NCBI GenBank assembly: GCA_938015295.1
Contig: CALLQB010000005.1
Coordinates: 1 to 64,000 of the forward strand
Length of the DNA stretch: 64,000 bases
Origin: an uncultured Acidimicrobiales bacterium
GTDB taxonomy: Bacteria; Actinomycetota; Acidimicrobiia; Acidimicrobiales; SHLQ01
Reading direction: 5' to 3'
Shown here: positions 45,441 through 53,996 of the stretch, piece after piece
Position numbering within the stretch: position 1 is the first letter of the stretch
How the letters are laid out: each line of letters opens with the position of its first letter
Made by a program: the position numbers and the translations under genes
Notes under the pieces: generated by a model
Databases searched by the model: none
What the model was told of the DNA's origin: nothing
What the model saw: only the letters and a program-made list of their open reading frames with translations

Positions 45441-45488
45441 CCATCTTCCGCAAGGTTTCCCCTCCTGAATCTTGCGGGAACCAACAGG

Positions 45489-45511
45489 GGCCCGGCCGTT
45501 AAGGCCGGGCC
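45489..45511. terminator. GC-rich hairpin terminator between convergent genes
   Basis: ggcccggcc-gttaa-ggccgggcc (perfect 9-bp stem) followed by gggttttcg. A weaker hairpin ccgcaag…cttgcgg sits at 45448-45477. Confidence 0.6.
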
Positions 45512-46065
45512 TACGTTGGGTTTTCGATAGCCACAACCGGCGCTGAGGCGAACGGGCTGGTCCTAACGAGGCCCATGGTCGTGTACACCGATGGCGGCAC
45601 CGAGATGTCGGCCACGTAGAGTTCGCCAACGTTGGACGAGCCTCGAAGCCCTTCTTTGGGTAAGGCAAGCGTAAGCGTCGCTGTGGCCGACACTGCGGCT
45701 CCCGGCCGGGTGCCCGCAGTGACATCGAGACCCGACGGTGTATCGAGCGACAACACTTTCGGCGCCAGCTTCGGCACTGCAGCAATGAGCTCGGCGGCAC
45801 GACCTCGTGGGGCGCCTCTGAGGCTGTAGCCGATGAGGGCGTCGATGAGCAGATCTGACGCAGCTGGCTCGTCGGAGATCACAACTCCCATCTGGCCCAG
45901 AATCGCAAGTTGTTCGCCGGGCACCCCGACGTATCGTCCGGCATCGGTGCTGAGGGTGACGTGCACGTTCACCCCGCGGTTGGCGAGGTGCCGTGCTGCG
46001 ACGAGTCCGCCGCCGCCATTGCCGCCTCGTCCTGCCAGTACCTGCACCGACGAAGGGGCGAACAA
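45511..46065 (-). CDS. NAD(P)H-hydrate epimerase (YjeF N-terminal domain protein)
   Basis: 184 aa. Motif AGRGGNGGGGLVAARHL typical of YjeF_N. N-terminus may extend upstream. Confidence 0.6.
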   Translation of the reverse strand: MFAPSSVQVLAGRGGNGGGGLVAARHLANRGVNVHVTLSTDAGRYVGVPGEQLAILGQMGVVISDEPAASDLLIDALIGYSLRGAPRGRAAELIAAVPKLAPKVLSLDTPSGLDVTAGTRPGAAVSATATLTLALPKEGLRGSSNVGELYVADISVPPSVYTTMGLVRTSPFASAPVVAIENPT

Positions 46066-46067
46066 GC

Positions 46068-46102
46068 AAAGGGGTCAGGCACCTAAAGTGCCTGACCCCT
46101 TT
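46068..46102. terminator. perfect 15-bp stem hairpin downstream of trpB2
   Basis: aaaggggtcaggcac-ctaaa-gtgcctgaccccttt. A/T runs lie at the stem ends rather than after the stem. Confidence 0.6.
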
Positions 46103-46108
46103 GGGTGG

Positions 46109-47476
46109 TTAACCGACGACGGGGACGGTGGTCATAGCGTCGGCGATGGCTTCTTCGCTGAGGTCGACATCGACCATCTCGCCGGCCAGGTACTTCTCGT
46201 AGCTAGCGAGGTCGAGGTGGCCATGGCCGCAGAGCGCGGTGAGGATGGTCTTTTCTTCACCCGATTCTTTGCAGGCCAGTGCTTCGCGAACCGCAGCGGC
46301 GATTGCATGTGTAGGTTCGGGCGCCGGAACAATGCCTTCGGCCCGAGCAAACTGCAGGGCGCCAGCGAAACACTCGTTTTGCGGAATCGAAATTGCCTCG
46401 ACCAAACCGAGCTCGTAGATGTGCGACACGAGGGGAGCCATGCCGTGGTAACGAAGACCACCAGCGTGGATGGGTTCGGGAATGAACGAGTGTCCGAGGG
46501 TGTGCATCTTCATCAGCGGAGTCATTCCGGCGGTGTCGCCAAAGTCGTAGCGGTACTCGCCTTTGGTAAGCGTGGGGCATGCAGCCGGCTCGACACACCG
46601 AATGGTCGGGTTCATGTTGCCCTTCATCTTCTCGCGAAGGAAGGGAAACGAAAGACCGCCGAAGTTCGAGCCTCCGCCGGTGCAACCAACCAGCACATCG
46701 GGGGTCTCGCCAACCTTGGCGAGTTGTAGGAGCGCCTCTTCGCCGATGATCGTCTGATGCATCAGCACATGATTGAGTACGCTGCCGAGCGCATATCGAA
46801 CGTCGTCGTGAGGCGCAGCCTGGCTAACGGCCTCAGAGATGGCGATACCTAGCGAGCCCGGATGCTCGGGATCTTCAGCAAGCAGCGACCGGCCGAAGTC
46901 GGTCACCTCTGATGGGCTCGGGTGCACGGTTGCGCCCCAGACCTCCATCATGGTTTTGCGGTGCGGCTTCTGCCGGTATGACGCAGCCACTTGCCAAACT
47001 TCGCATTCGAGGTCGTACTGCGCACACGCGAATGCGAGGGCCGAGCCCCACTGGCCGGCACCCGTTTCGGTCGTGAGCTTCTTCACACCAGCCTTGGCGT
47101 TGTAGTACGCCTGGGGCACCGATGTATTGGGCTTGTGGGAGCCAGCCGGGCTCACGCCTTCGTACTTGTAAAAGATCTTCGCCGGCGTATCGAGCAGTTT
47201 CTCGAGGCGCCGCGCTCGAAACAGCGGCGATGGCCGCCACAGCTTCAGCACATCAAGAACTTCGCCCGGAATATCGATGTACCTCTCCTGGCTGACTTCC
47301 TGCATGATGAGTTCCATCGGAAACAGCGGTGCGAAGTCGTCGGGGCCAGCTGGTTCGTGGGTGCCCGGGTGCAGAGCGGGCGGCGGCGGTTCGGGTAGAT
47401 CGGGCACGATGTTGTACCACTGTGTCGGAATCTCGGATTCGTCGAGCAGAATCTTGTGGTAGTCGTCGCTTGCCAT
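46109..47476 (-). CDS. TrpB-like PLP-dependent enzyme (tryptophan synthase beta type 2)
   Basis: 455 aa. PLP lysine region (AGSHKPNTSV), GGGSNFGG glycine loop and the N-terminal extension characteristic of TrpB2. Confidence 0.85.
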   Translation of the reverse strand: MASDDYHKILLDESEIPTQWYNIVPDLPEPPPPALHPGTHEPAGPDDFAPLFPMELIMQEVSQERYIDIPGEVLDVLKLWRPSPLFRARRLEKLLDTPAKIFYKYEGVSPAGSHKPNTSVPQAYYNAKAGVKKLTTETGAGQWGSALAFACAQYDLECEVWQVAASYRQKPHRKTMMEVWGATVHPSPSEVTDFGRSLLAEDPEHPGSLGIAISEAVSQAAPHDDVRYALGSVLNHVLMHQTIIGEEALLQLAKVGETPDVLVGCTGGGSNFGGLSFPFLREKMKGNMNPTIRCVEPAACPTLTKGEYRYDFGDTAGMTPLMKMHTLGHSFIPEPIHAGGLRYHGMAPLVSHIYELGLVEAISIPQNECFAGALQFARAEGIVPAPEPTHAIAAAVREALACKESGEEKTILTALCGHGHLDLASYEKYLAGEMVDVDLSEEAIADAMTTVPVVG

Positions 47477-47575
47477 GTCGGCCCCCTAGAGCTTGTCGTT
47501 ACAGAGTCGCGACCTTAGACGCGAGATCGCCGGCCAGTCCTGTCGAAATGTGGCCGGTTTGAGGGTCGACTGGGT

Positions 47576-48976
47576 CTACGCACCGCCGCGGCCGCGTCGG
47601 GTTGCTGCGTCGGCAAGGGCCGCGCCGAGTTCGGTGAAGCCACCGCGAACTGCGCCGACGGTGACGCGGATGAACTGGCCAGCGGTTGGAGAGGTATCGA
47701 GCATGAATGGTGTGCCCGGGGCGACAACGATGCCCTGGGCGGCGAGCGCGACCAGCGCGCTTCGTTCATCGTCCACTTCGACCCAAAGGTTGATGCCGTC
47801 GGTGCCGGTGTAACGAACACCCCGTTCGTCGAGAATGGTGGTAATTCTCGCTCGACGTTCGCCGGTGATTTGCCGAGCCTGTTCAACGGTTTGCCGAGCG
47901 GTCTCGTCGGTAAGCAGAGCTACTAGGAGTTGTTGCAGAATCCGGCTTGACCAGCCCGGACCAAGTTGGCGACGGCGGACCAGCTGACGCAGTGGTTCGC
48001 CCGCTCCGCCGATGGCCGCCAGCCGAATCTCGGGGCCGTGGGTCTTGGAAAAGCTTCGTATGACAAGGGTCTGAGCAGGGAGATGGCTTCCCAGGCTCAC
48101 GCCATTCGCTGCCCTGCTGTGATCATCTTCGATCACGAGTGTGGCGGTGGGTTTGACGATACGAGCCAACGCTTTGGCTCTCGTTGCGGTCATCGACACG
48201 CCAGTCGGGTTTTGTTGTGCCGGTTGACAAAAGACTGCAGCAGCAGGCGCCGACAAGGCTTCGGCCAGTGCAGCTGGGATGAGGCCGGCCTCGTCGAGAG
48301 GTACCCCAACGATCTCTGCTCCGGCAGCATCGAGCAGGTCGTAGATCGGCGGGAACGATGGGTCTTCGACGAGCACCCGGTCGCCTGGACGAACGACCAC
48401 CGAAATGATGCGGTCGAGTGCATCGAGAGCGCCGTCGACGACGGTGAGCTCTTCGGGTGGAAAGGGCCACTCCTGTCGAAGCAGCGCCAACAGTTCGTCG
48501 ATAACCGGTGCGTCGAGATACGAGTTCGCAGTGGTTGTAGCGGTGAGGGATGCGGTAGCTGCCGTGAGATCGGGAAGCAGCTTTGGATCGGGCACGCCCT
48601 CGCTCAGGTCGACTCCTCGGTCGCCGAGCTCTGGCGGGTAGAGCTGCCAGAACCGGGCGGACGCGATGGCGGGCGAGCGAACGAAGGTTCCTCGGCGACC
48701 GTTCGTTTCGATAACACCAGCCCGTGCCAACGACTGCCACACATCGCCGACGGTGGTTGGGCTGACACCGAGCGCCTTGGCAAGGTTGCGGACGGTCGGA
48801 AGTCGCTGTCCCGCCGGTAGCTCGCCTGCGGCGACCAGACTGCTCAGCAACTTGGTGAGTGAGGCTGCCCCACTGTCGCCTCCGGCCCGAAGAAGCTCGG
48901 CGGCTGCACAGATGCGCGAGAGCACCAGCTCAGGAGAAAGAGCCTCGGCAGGCGAAACGTTCGACAGGTCAGACAC
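47576..48976 (-). CDS. MocR/GabR-family transcriptional regulator (GntR HTH fused to aminotransferase-like domain)
   Basis: N-terminal GntR wHTH (LPTVRNLAKALGVSPTTVGDVWQSLARAGVIE) plus a large fold-type-I aminotransferase-like domain. Start placed at the GTG at 48976; the ORF track allows up to 48991. Confidence 0.8.
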   Translation of the reverse strand: MSDLSNVSPAEALSPELVLSRICAAAELLRAGGDSGAASLTKLLSSLVAAGELPAGQRLPTVRNLAKALGVSPTTVGDVWQSLARAGVIETNGRRGTFVRSPAIASARFWQLYPPELGDRGVDLSEGVPDPKLLPDLTAATASLTATTTANSYLDAPVIDELLALLRQEWPFPPEELTVVDGALDALDRIISVVVRPGDRVLVEDPSFPPIYDLLDAAGAEIVGVPLDEAGLIPAALAEALSAPAAAVFCQPAQQNPTGVSMTATRAKALARIVKPTATLVIEDDHSRAANGVSLGSHLPAQTLVIRSFSKTHGPEIRLAAIGGAGEPLRQLVRRRQLGPGWSSRILQQLLVALLTDETARQTVEQARQITGERRARITTILDERGVRYTGTDGINLWVEVDDERSALVALAAQGIVVAPGTPFMLDTSPTAGQFIRVTVGAVRGGFTELGAALADAATRRGRGGA

Positions 48977-48977
48977 T

Positions 48978-49008
48978 TTGTAACAGTACAAACAATAAGT
49001 TGTAACAG
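48978..49008. promoter_or_regulatory. direct repeat TTGTAACAG-N13-TTGTAACAG in the mocR/aminotransferase divergent promoter
   Basis: Two exact 9-mers whose starts are 22 bp apart, in an AT-rich spacer. MocR/GabR regulators bind direct repeats with this periodicity. Confidence 0.5.
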
Positions 49009-49034
49009 CAACGTATGTTTCGTACCATCCAGGT

Positions 49035-50351
49035 ATGGAAAACCTCGCTTCAACGACCTCGGGCGTGCACGCCGACCTCCACCAGCGGGCTCAAGCAGTC
49101 ATGCCGTCATGGCTGAAGCCCTTCTACGACGAACCCATCGCAATCGACCGAGGCGAAGGCACCCGAGTATGGGACCTGGAAGGCAACAGCTACCTCGACT
49201 TCTTTGGCGGCGTGCTCACGACGATGTGTGGCCACTCGGTGCCCGAGGTGGTCGAAGCAATTCAAGAGCAGGCCGCCAAGGTCATGCACACGAGCACGCT
49301 GTACCTCAGTGAGCCGCTCATCAAACTGTCAGAGATGGTCACGCGCCTTTCGGGAATCCCCGACGCACGAGTGTTCTTTACCCCCTCTGGCAGCGAAGCC
49401 AACGAGGCCGCGCTGATGCTCGCAACGCTTTACCGCAAGAGCAACGAGATCTTGGCAATTCGCAACAGCTACCACGGCCGCACGTTTGCGACCATTGGTA
49501 TCACCAGCCACAAGAGCTGGTCGCCATCGAGTCTTCACGGCTTGCAGGTGCACTTTGTGCAAGGCGGCTACCGTTTGCGAAGCCCCTTCAAAGCGCTTCC
49601 CGACGACGACTACACCCAAGCATGCCTGCAGGACCTCACCGACGTTCTTGACATGATGACCTCAGGCGACGTGGCAGCCATGATCGCCGAACCCATCCAA
49701 GGTGTCGGCGGCTTTGCGACCCCGCCCGACGGGTTCTTCGGTGCATTGAAGAAAGAACTCGACAACCACGGGATTTTGTTTATCAGCGATGAGGTGCAGA
49801 CCGGATGGGGGCGCACCGGCGACCACTTCTGGGGGTACGAAGCCCACGGCATCGTCCCCGACATGCTCACCTTCGCGAAGGGTGTCGGAAACGGCTTGGC
49901 CCTTGCCGGCGTAGTCGCCCGAGCCGAGGTGATGGACGCCATGACCGCTACCCACTTCTCCACCTTTGGTGGTAACCCACTCAATTCCGCCGGAGCGCAC
50001 GCGAACCTGCAATACCTGCTCGACAACGACCTGCAGGCCAACGCCAAAGCGCGAGGCGAACAGTTCAGAGCTGGGTTGCAGCCTACGGTCGACGCCAATG
50101 CCGGCATCGCCGAGATGCGCGGTCGCGGCCTGATGATTGGTATCGAACTGGTAGAACCGGGTGGGCTCACTCCCGACCCGTCGGCAGCGATGTCGATCCT
50201 GCAAAAGGCCAAGGATCACGGCATCCTGATCGGGAAGGGCGGCCTGTACGGCAATGTCCTACGCATCGCTCCGCCCCTCAGCGTGAGCGCCGATGAGATC
50301 GACACCGCAGTCGATGCACTCAAGTCAGCAATCGAAGCCACCTACAACTAA
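49035..50351 (+). CDS. class-III PLP-dependent aminotransferase (omega-amino acid / beta-alanine--pyruvate type)
   Basis: 438 aa. Class-III motifs (DEVQTGWGRTG, PLP-lysine region TFAKGVGNG). Divergent from the MocR regulator and followed by mmsA. Confidence 0.85.
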   Translation: MENLASTTSGVHADLHQRAQAVMPSWLKPFYDEPIAIDRGEGTRVWDLEGNSYLDFFGGVLTTMCGHSVPEVVEAIQEQAAKVMHTSTLYLSEPLIKLSEMVTRLSGIPDARVFFTPSGSEANEAALMLATLYRKSNEILAIRNSYHGRTFATIGITSHKSWSPSSLHGLQVHFVQGGYRLRSPFKALPDDDYTQACLQDLTDVLDMMTSGDVAAMIAEPIQGVGGFATPPDGFFGALKKELDNHGILFISDEVQTGWGRTGDHFWGYEAHGIVPDMLTFAKGVGNGLALAGVVARAEVMDAMTATHFSTFGGNPLNSAGAHANLQYLLDNDLQANAKARGEQFRAGLQPTVDANAGIAEMRGRGLMIGIELVEPGGLTPDPSAAMSILQKAKDHGILIGKGGLYGNVLRIAPPLSVSADEIDTAVDALKSAIEATYN

Positions 50352-50368
50352 CTAACGAAGAAGACACT

Positions 50369-51856
50369 ATGAACACCATCGAGCACTACATCGACGGCGC
50401 CTTTGTCGCCTCAACCTCTGGCAACACCAGCCCAGTCTTCAACCCGGCAACCGGCGACGTCATCGCTGAAGTCGGTCTTGCCAATATCGACGAGGTTGAC
50501 GCGGCAATCGCGGCGGCGAAAGCTGCTCTTCCAGGATGGCGCGCCACTTCACTCGCGCGCCGCTCTGAAATCCTTTTCGCCTTTCGCAATCTTGTCATCG
50601 AGCACAAAGACGAGATCGCTGCAGCGCTCACGGCCGAACACGGCAAGGTGCTCTCAGACTCAGCCGGCGAGATTCAGCGAGGCATCGAAAACATCGAGTT
50701 CGCCTGCGGCATCCCCGAGTTGCTGAAAGGCAGCTTCAGCGAGCAGGTGTCGACCGGCATCGATGTCTTTGAAATTCGCCAGCCTGTTGGCGTTGTTGCC
50801 GGTATCACGCCCTTCAACTTCCCGGCAATGGTGCCCATGTGGATGTACCCCAACGCCATCGCGTGCGGGAACACCTTTGTGCTCAAGCCAAGCGAAAAGG
50901 ATCCGTCGGTCAACAACATCGTGGCTCGGCTCTGGACCGAGGCCGGGCTTCCTGCTGGCGTTTTCAACGTCGTGCAGGGCGACCGGGTCGCGGTCGAACG
51001 GATTCTCGACCATCCTGATGTCGCAGCGGTGAGCTTCGTTGGATCGACGCCAATTGCGAAGTCGATTTACGCGACGGCTGCCGCAAACGGCAAACGGGTT
51101 CAAGCACTAGGTGGGGCAAAGAATCACATGATCGTTTTGCCCGACGCCGAGATGGAAGGCGCAGCCGACGCAGCGATTAGCGCGGCATATGGGTCGGCTG
51201 GCGAGCGGTGCATGGCGATCAGTGTCGCGGTGGCGGTCGGCTCCGCTGGCGACGCCCTCGTGAAGGCAATCGAAGAACGGATTCCGGGCGTAACTGTTGG
51301 TGACGGTACGAATCCGGCGAGCGAGATGGGTCCGCTCATCACTGGCGAACATCGCGACAAAGTGGCGGGCTATCTCACTAGCGGTGCTGAGCAGGGAGCG
51401 ACCGTTGTCGTCGATGGCCGCAACATGGAGTTCGACCTCAATGGTTTCTTCCTCGGGCCGTCCTTGCTCGACAACGTCACGACCGACATGGACGCTTACA
51501 AAGACGAGATCTTTGGCCCGGTGCTTTCGATCATTCGGGTCGACACCTATGAAGAAGCGGTCCAGCTGATCAACGACAACCCTTACGGAAACGGCACGGC
51601 GATCTTTACCCGAGATGGTGGCGCAGCTCGCAGGTTCCAGTTCGAAGTCGAGGCAGGCATGGTTGGCATCAACGTTCCGGTACCGGTGCCTGTTGCGGCG
51701 TACAGCTTTGGTGGCTGGAACTCTTCAGCGTTCGGCGACACCCATATCTACGGCAAAGAGGGTGTGCACTTCTACACCCGCACAAAGGTCGTAACGAGTC
51801 GTTGGCCAGACCCGGGCACCAGCAACATCGACCTAGGTTTCCCCACCAACACCTAA
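50369..51856 (+). CDS. mmsA: CoA-acylating methylmalonate-semialdehyde dehydrogenase
   Basis: 495 aa aldehyde dehydrogenase with the MmsA-type N-terminus (IEHYIDGAFVAS…VFNPATG) and catalytic Cys region (GERCMA). Confidence 0.8.
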   Translation: MNTIEHYIDGAFVASTSGNTSPVFNPATGDVIAEVGLANIDEVDAAIAAAKAALPGWRATSLARRSEILFAFRNLVIEHKDEIAAALTAEHGKVLSDSAGEIQRGIENIEFACGIPELLKGSFSEQVSTGIDVFEIRQPVGVVAGITPFNFPAMVPMWMYPNAIACGNTFVLKPSEKDPSVNNIVARLWTEAGLPAGVFNVVQGDRVAVERILDHPDVAAVSFVGSTPIAKSIYATAAANGKRVQALGGAKNHMIVLPDAEMEGAADAAISAAYGSAGERCMAISVAVAVGSAGDALVKAIEERIPGVTVGDGTNPASEMGPLITGEHRDKVAGYLTSGAEQGATVVVDGRNMEFDLNGFFLGPSLLDNVTTDMDAYKDEIFGPVLSIIRVDTYEEAVQLINDNPYGNGTAIFTRDGGAARRFQFEVEAGMVGINVPVPVPVAAYSFGGWNSSAFGDTHIYGKEGVHFYTRTKVVTSRWPDPGTSNIDLGFPTNT

Positions 51857-51883
51857 AGCACCCATCACCCATCACCCACCAAA

Positions 51884-51930
51884 ATCTCGTGACACACGGC
51901 GACAAAATTTGTCGCCTGGTGTCACGAGAT
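51884..51930. terminator. 47-bp near-perfect palindrome, bidirectional terminator between mmsA and azlD
   Basis: atctcgtgacacacggcgacaaaa|tttgtcgcctggtgtcacgagat, flanked by A and T runs. Confidence 0.65.
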
Positions 51931-51936
51931 TCCGGT

Positions 51937-52242
51937 TTAGGTGGCTGATCGGAGTAGGGCGGTGGTTGCTGCTGCTGCGAGAACTACCACGATGAAGGGC
52001 GCTTTTCTCCACACGAGAAGGGCGGCGACCGCGAGTCCAGCGAGTCGTTCGTCGAGTACCAACGTTCGGCCGTTGGCGATCGTGAGCTGGACAATCACGG
52101 CCATGACAACCGCTGCCGGAATCAGGTTCGCCGCGCGACTGAGCACTGGTCGCCGCTCGAGTAGCGGACCGACCAGAAACGCCCCGGCCAAGCGTTGCCC
52201 CCAGGCAGCGACGGTGAGCATGATGATGGCGAGGGTGGTCAT
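51937..52242 (-). CDS. azlD: AzlD-family branched-chain amino acid transport protein
   Basis: ~101 aa hydrophobic protein (MTTLAIIMLTVAAWGQRLAGAFLVG…). Start ATG overlaps the azlC stop (ATGA). It is the C-terminal part of a longer spurious ORF. Confidence 0.7.
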   Translation of the reverse strand: MTTLAIIMLTVAAWGQRLAGAFLVGPLLERRPVLSRAANLIPAAVVMAVIVQLTIANGRTLVLDERLAGLAVAALLVWRKAPFIVVVLAAAATTALLRSAT

Positions 52243-52934
52243 GTTGCCGGCTGCCGAACCAGCAGCAACGCAATCGCGACACCAAACACGCTCAAGATGA
52301 TGGGCAATCCCGCTGGCACCACGGGCAGCAACGTGAGACAGATCAAGCCACCAGCGGCGCCAGCGATTGCGCCGTCCTTCTTGCGAAGCATGTTTCCGAT
52401 TATGGCTAGTAGAGCTGCGGGAAAGACAGCATCGAGCCCGATGCGGCTGGTGTCGCCAACCACCGGGCCAAGAAAGGTGCCGACACCGATGCCGAGGAAC
52501 CAACCGATCATCATGCCGGCAGTGGTTCGCCAGAACTCTCGTTCGACCGCCGCTGGGTTGGATTGCTGCACGGCAACAGCGACGTTTGGATCGAACGCAT
52601 TCACCGCAGCGGCCGCCCTGCGGATGTTGCCCTGCGGAAGTTTCTGACTCAGGCTCACCGCGAGAATGCCGAACCTCGTGGCCACGATCCATCCTGCAGC
52701 GATCGCGGCCCAATCGCTGCCTCCACTGTCGCGGACGGCGAGGTACGCGAACTCCGACGTGGCCGAAAAGATGACTGCCGAGGCCACGAACGCCCGGGTG
52801 GTCGATGTTCCGGCATCGATTAGCAACACCTGCAACGTCACACCCAGCGAGAAGAACGTGATGCCCATCGTGGCGAAGTCGGCCTTGCTCAACCGGGGTC
52901 CTGCGACCTCATCGGGGTCGGCCGATTCGTCCAT
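52239..52934 (-). CDS. azlC: AzlC-family branched-chain amino acid permease
   Basis: Multi-TM protein with AzlC-type pattern. Start placed at the ATG at 52934; an alternative GTG lies at 52955. Confidence 0.75.
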   Translation of the reverse strand: MDESADPDEVAGPRLSKADFATMGITFFSLGVTLQVLLIDAGTSTTRAFVASAVIFSATSEFAYLAVRDSGGSDWAAIAAGWIVATRFGILAVSLSQKLPQGNIRRAAAAVNAFDPNVAVAVQQSNPAAVEREFWRTTAGMMIGWFLGIGVGTFLGPVVGDTSRIGLDAVFPAALLAIIGNMLRKKDGAIAGAAGGLICLTLLPVVPAGLPIILSVFGVAIALLLVRQPAT

Positions 52935-52980
52935 GTTGCGACCGTATCGAATCACCGACGCACCGGCCTATTCTCTACTC

Positions 52981-53928
52981 ATGACGAACCCGCAGCCTCT
53001 CGGTGGAAACTCCATGCCCAGATTCGGAGGCATCGCAACGTTTATGCGGCTGCCTGGTACGACGCCGCCGGTCGATCTCGACGTGGCGATCGTTGGCGTT
53101 CCGCTCGACATCGGAACCTCATGGCGGCCAGGCGCACGGTTCGGCCCGCGGGGGATCCGGTCTGAGTCGGTCATGACGAGGCCATACAACATGGCGACAA
53201 AGGCGGCTCCGTTCGACAGTTTGCGAATCGATGACACCGGCGATGTGGCGATTAACACGTTCAACCTGCTCGATTCGGTCGATCGCATCGAGGCGCATTA
53301 CGACGAATTACTCGCTAGCGACGTCATTCCGGTATCGATGGGCGGCGATCACACGATTGTGTTGCCTATCTTGCGGGCGTTGACAAAAAAGACCGGACCC
53401 GTCGGACTGGTGCATGTCGACGCACACACCGACATCAACGACACCATGTTTGGCGAGAAGATCGCGCATGGCACACCGTTTCGGCGGGCGGTCGAGGAAG
53501 GCTTGCTCGACCCCAGCCGTGTGGTGCAGATCGGGGTACGTGCCACCGGGTATGAGGCCGACGACTTCGAATGGTCTCGCCAACAGGGTTTCCGTGTGGT
53601 TGAGGCTGAAGAGTGCTGGCACAAATCGCTCACGCCCCTTATGGAAGAGGTGCGCGAACAGGTGTCGGGCGGTCCGGTGTATTTGAGCTTCGACATCGAC
53701 GGACTCGACCCGTCTGTCGCGCAGGGCACCGGCACGCCTGAGATCGGCGGTCTCACGTCGATCCAAGGGATGGAGATCATCCGCGGATGCTACGGCCTCG
53801 ATCTTGTTGGCTGCGATCTCGTCGAGGTAGCTCCGGTGTATGACACCAGCGGCAACACTGCTCACCTTGCAGCAAACCTGCTGTACGAAATGTTGTGTGT
53901 CCTTCCAGGCGTCGAACGTCGCTCCTAG
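52981..53928 (+). CDS. speB: agmatinase (arginase/ureohydrolase family)
   Basis: Manganese-ligand motifs GGDHT, DAHTD, SFDIDGLDP. ORF trimmed to the ATG at 52981. Confidence 0.85.
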   Translation: MTNPQPLGGNSMPRFGGIATFMRLPGTTPPVDLDVAIVGVPLDIGTSWRPGARFGPRGIRSESVMTRPYNMATKAAPFDSLRIDDTGDVAINTFNLLDSVDRIEAHYDELLASDVIPVSMGGDHTIVLPILRALTKKTGPVGLVHVDAHTDINDTMFGEKIAHGTPFRRAVEEGLLDPSRVVQIGVRATGYEADDFEWSRQQGFRVVEAEECWHKSLTPLMEEVREQVSGGPVYLSFDIDGLDPSVAQGTGTPEIGGLTSIQGMEIIRGCYGLDLVGCDLVEVAPVYDTSGNTAHLAANLLYEMLCVLPGVERRS

Positions 53929-53936
53929 CCCGTTCT

Positions 53937-53970
53937 GATGTTGCGCAACGACCGTTTTCGGTCGTTGCGC
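53937..53970. terminator. 15-bp stem/4-nt loop hairpin between agmatinase and the large secreted protein gene
   Basis: gttgcgcaacgaccg-tttt-cggtcgttgcgcaac followed by aaaattt. Confidence 0.65.
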
Positions 53971-53996
53971 AACAAAATTTCGGGGATGGGTGGGGG

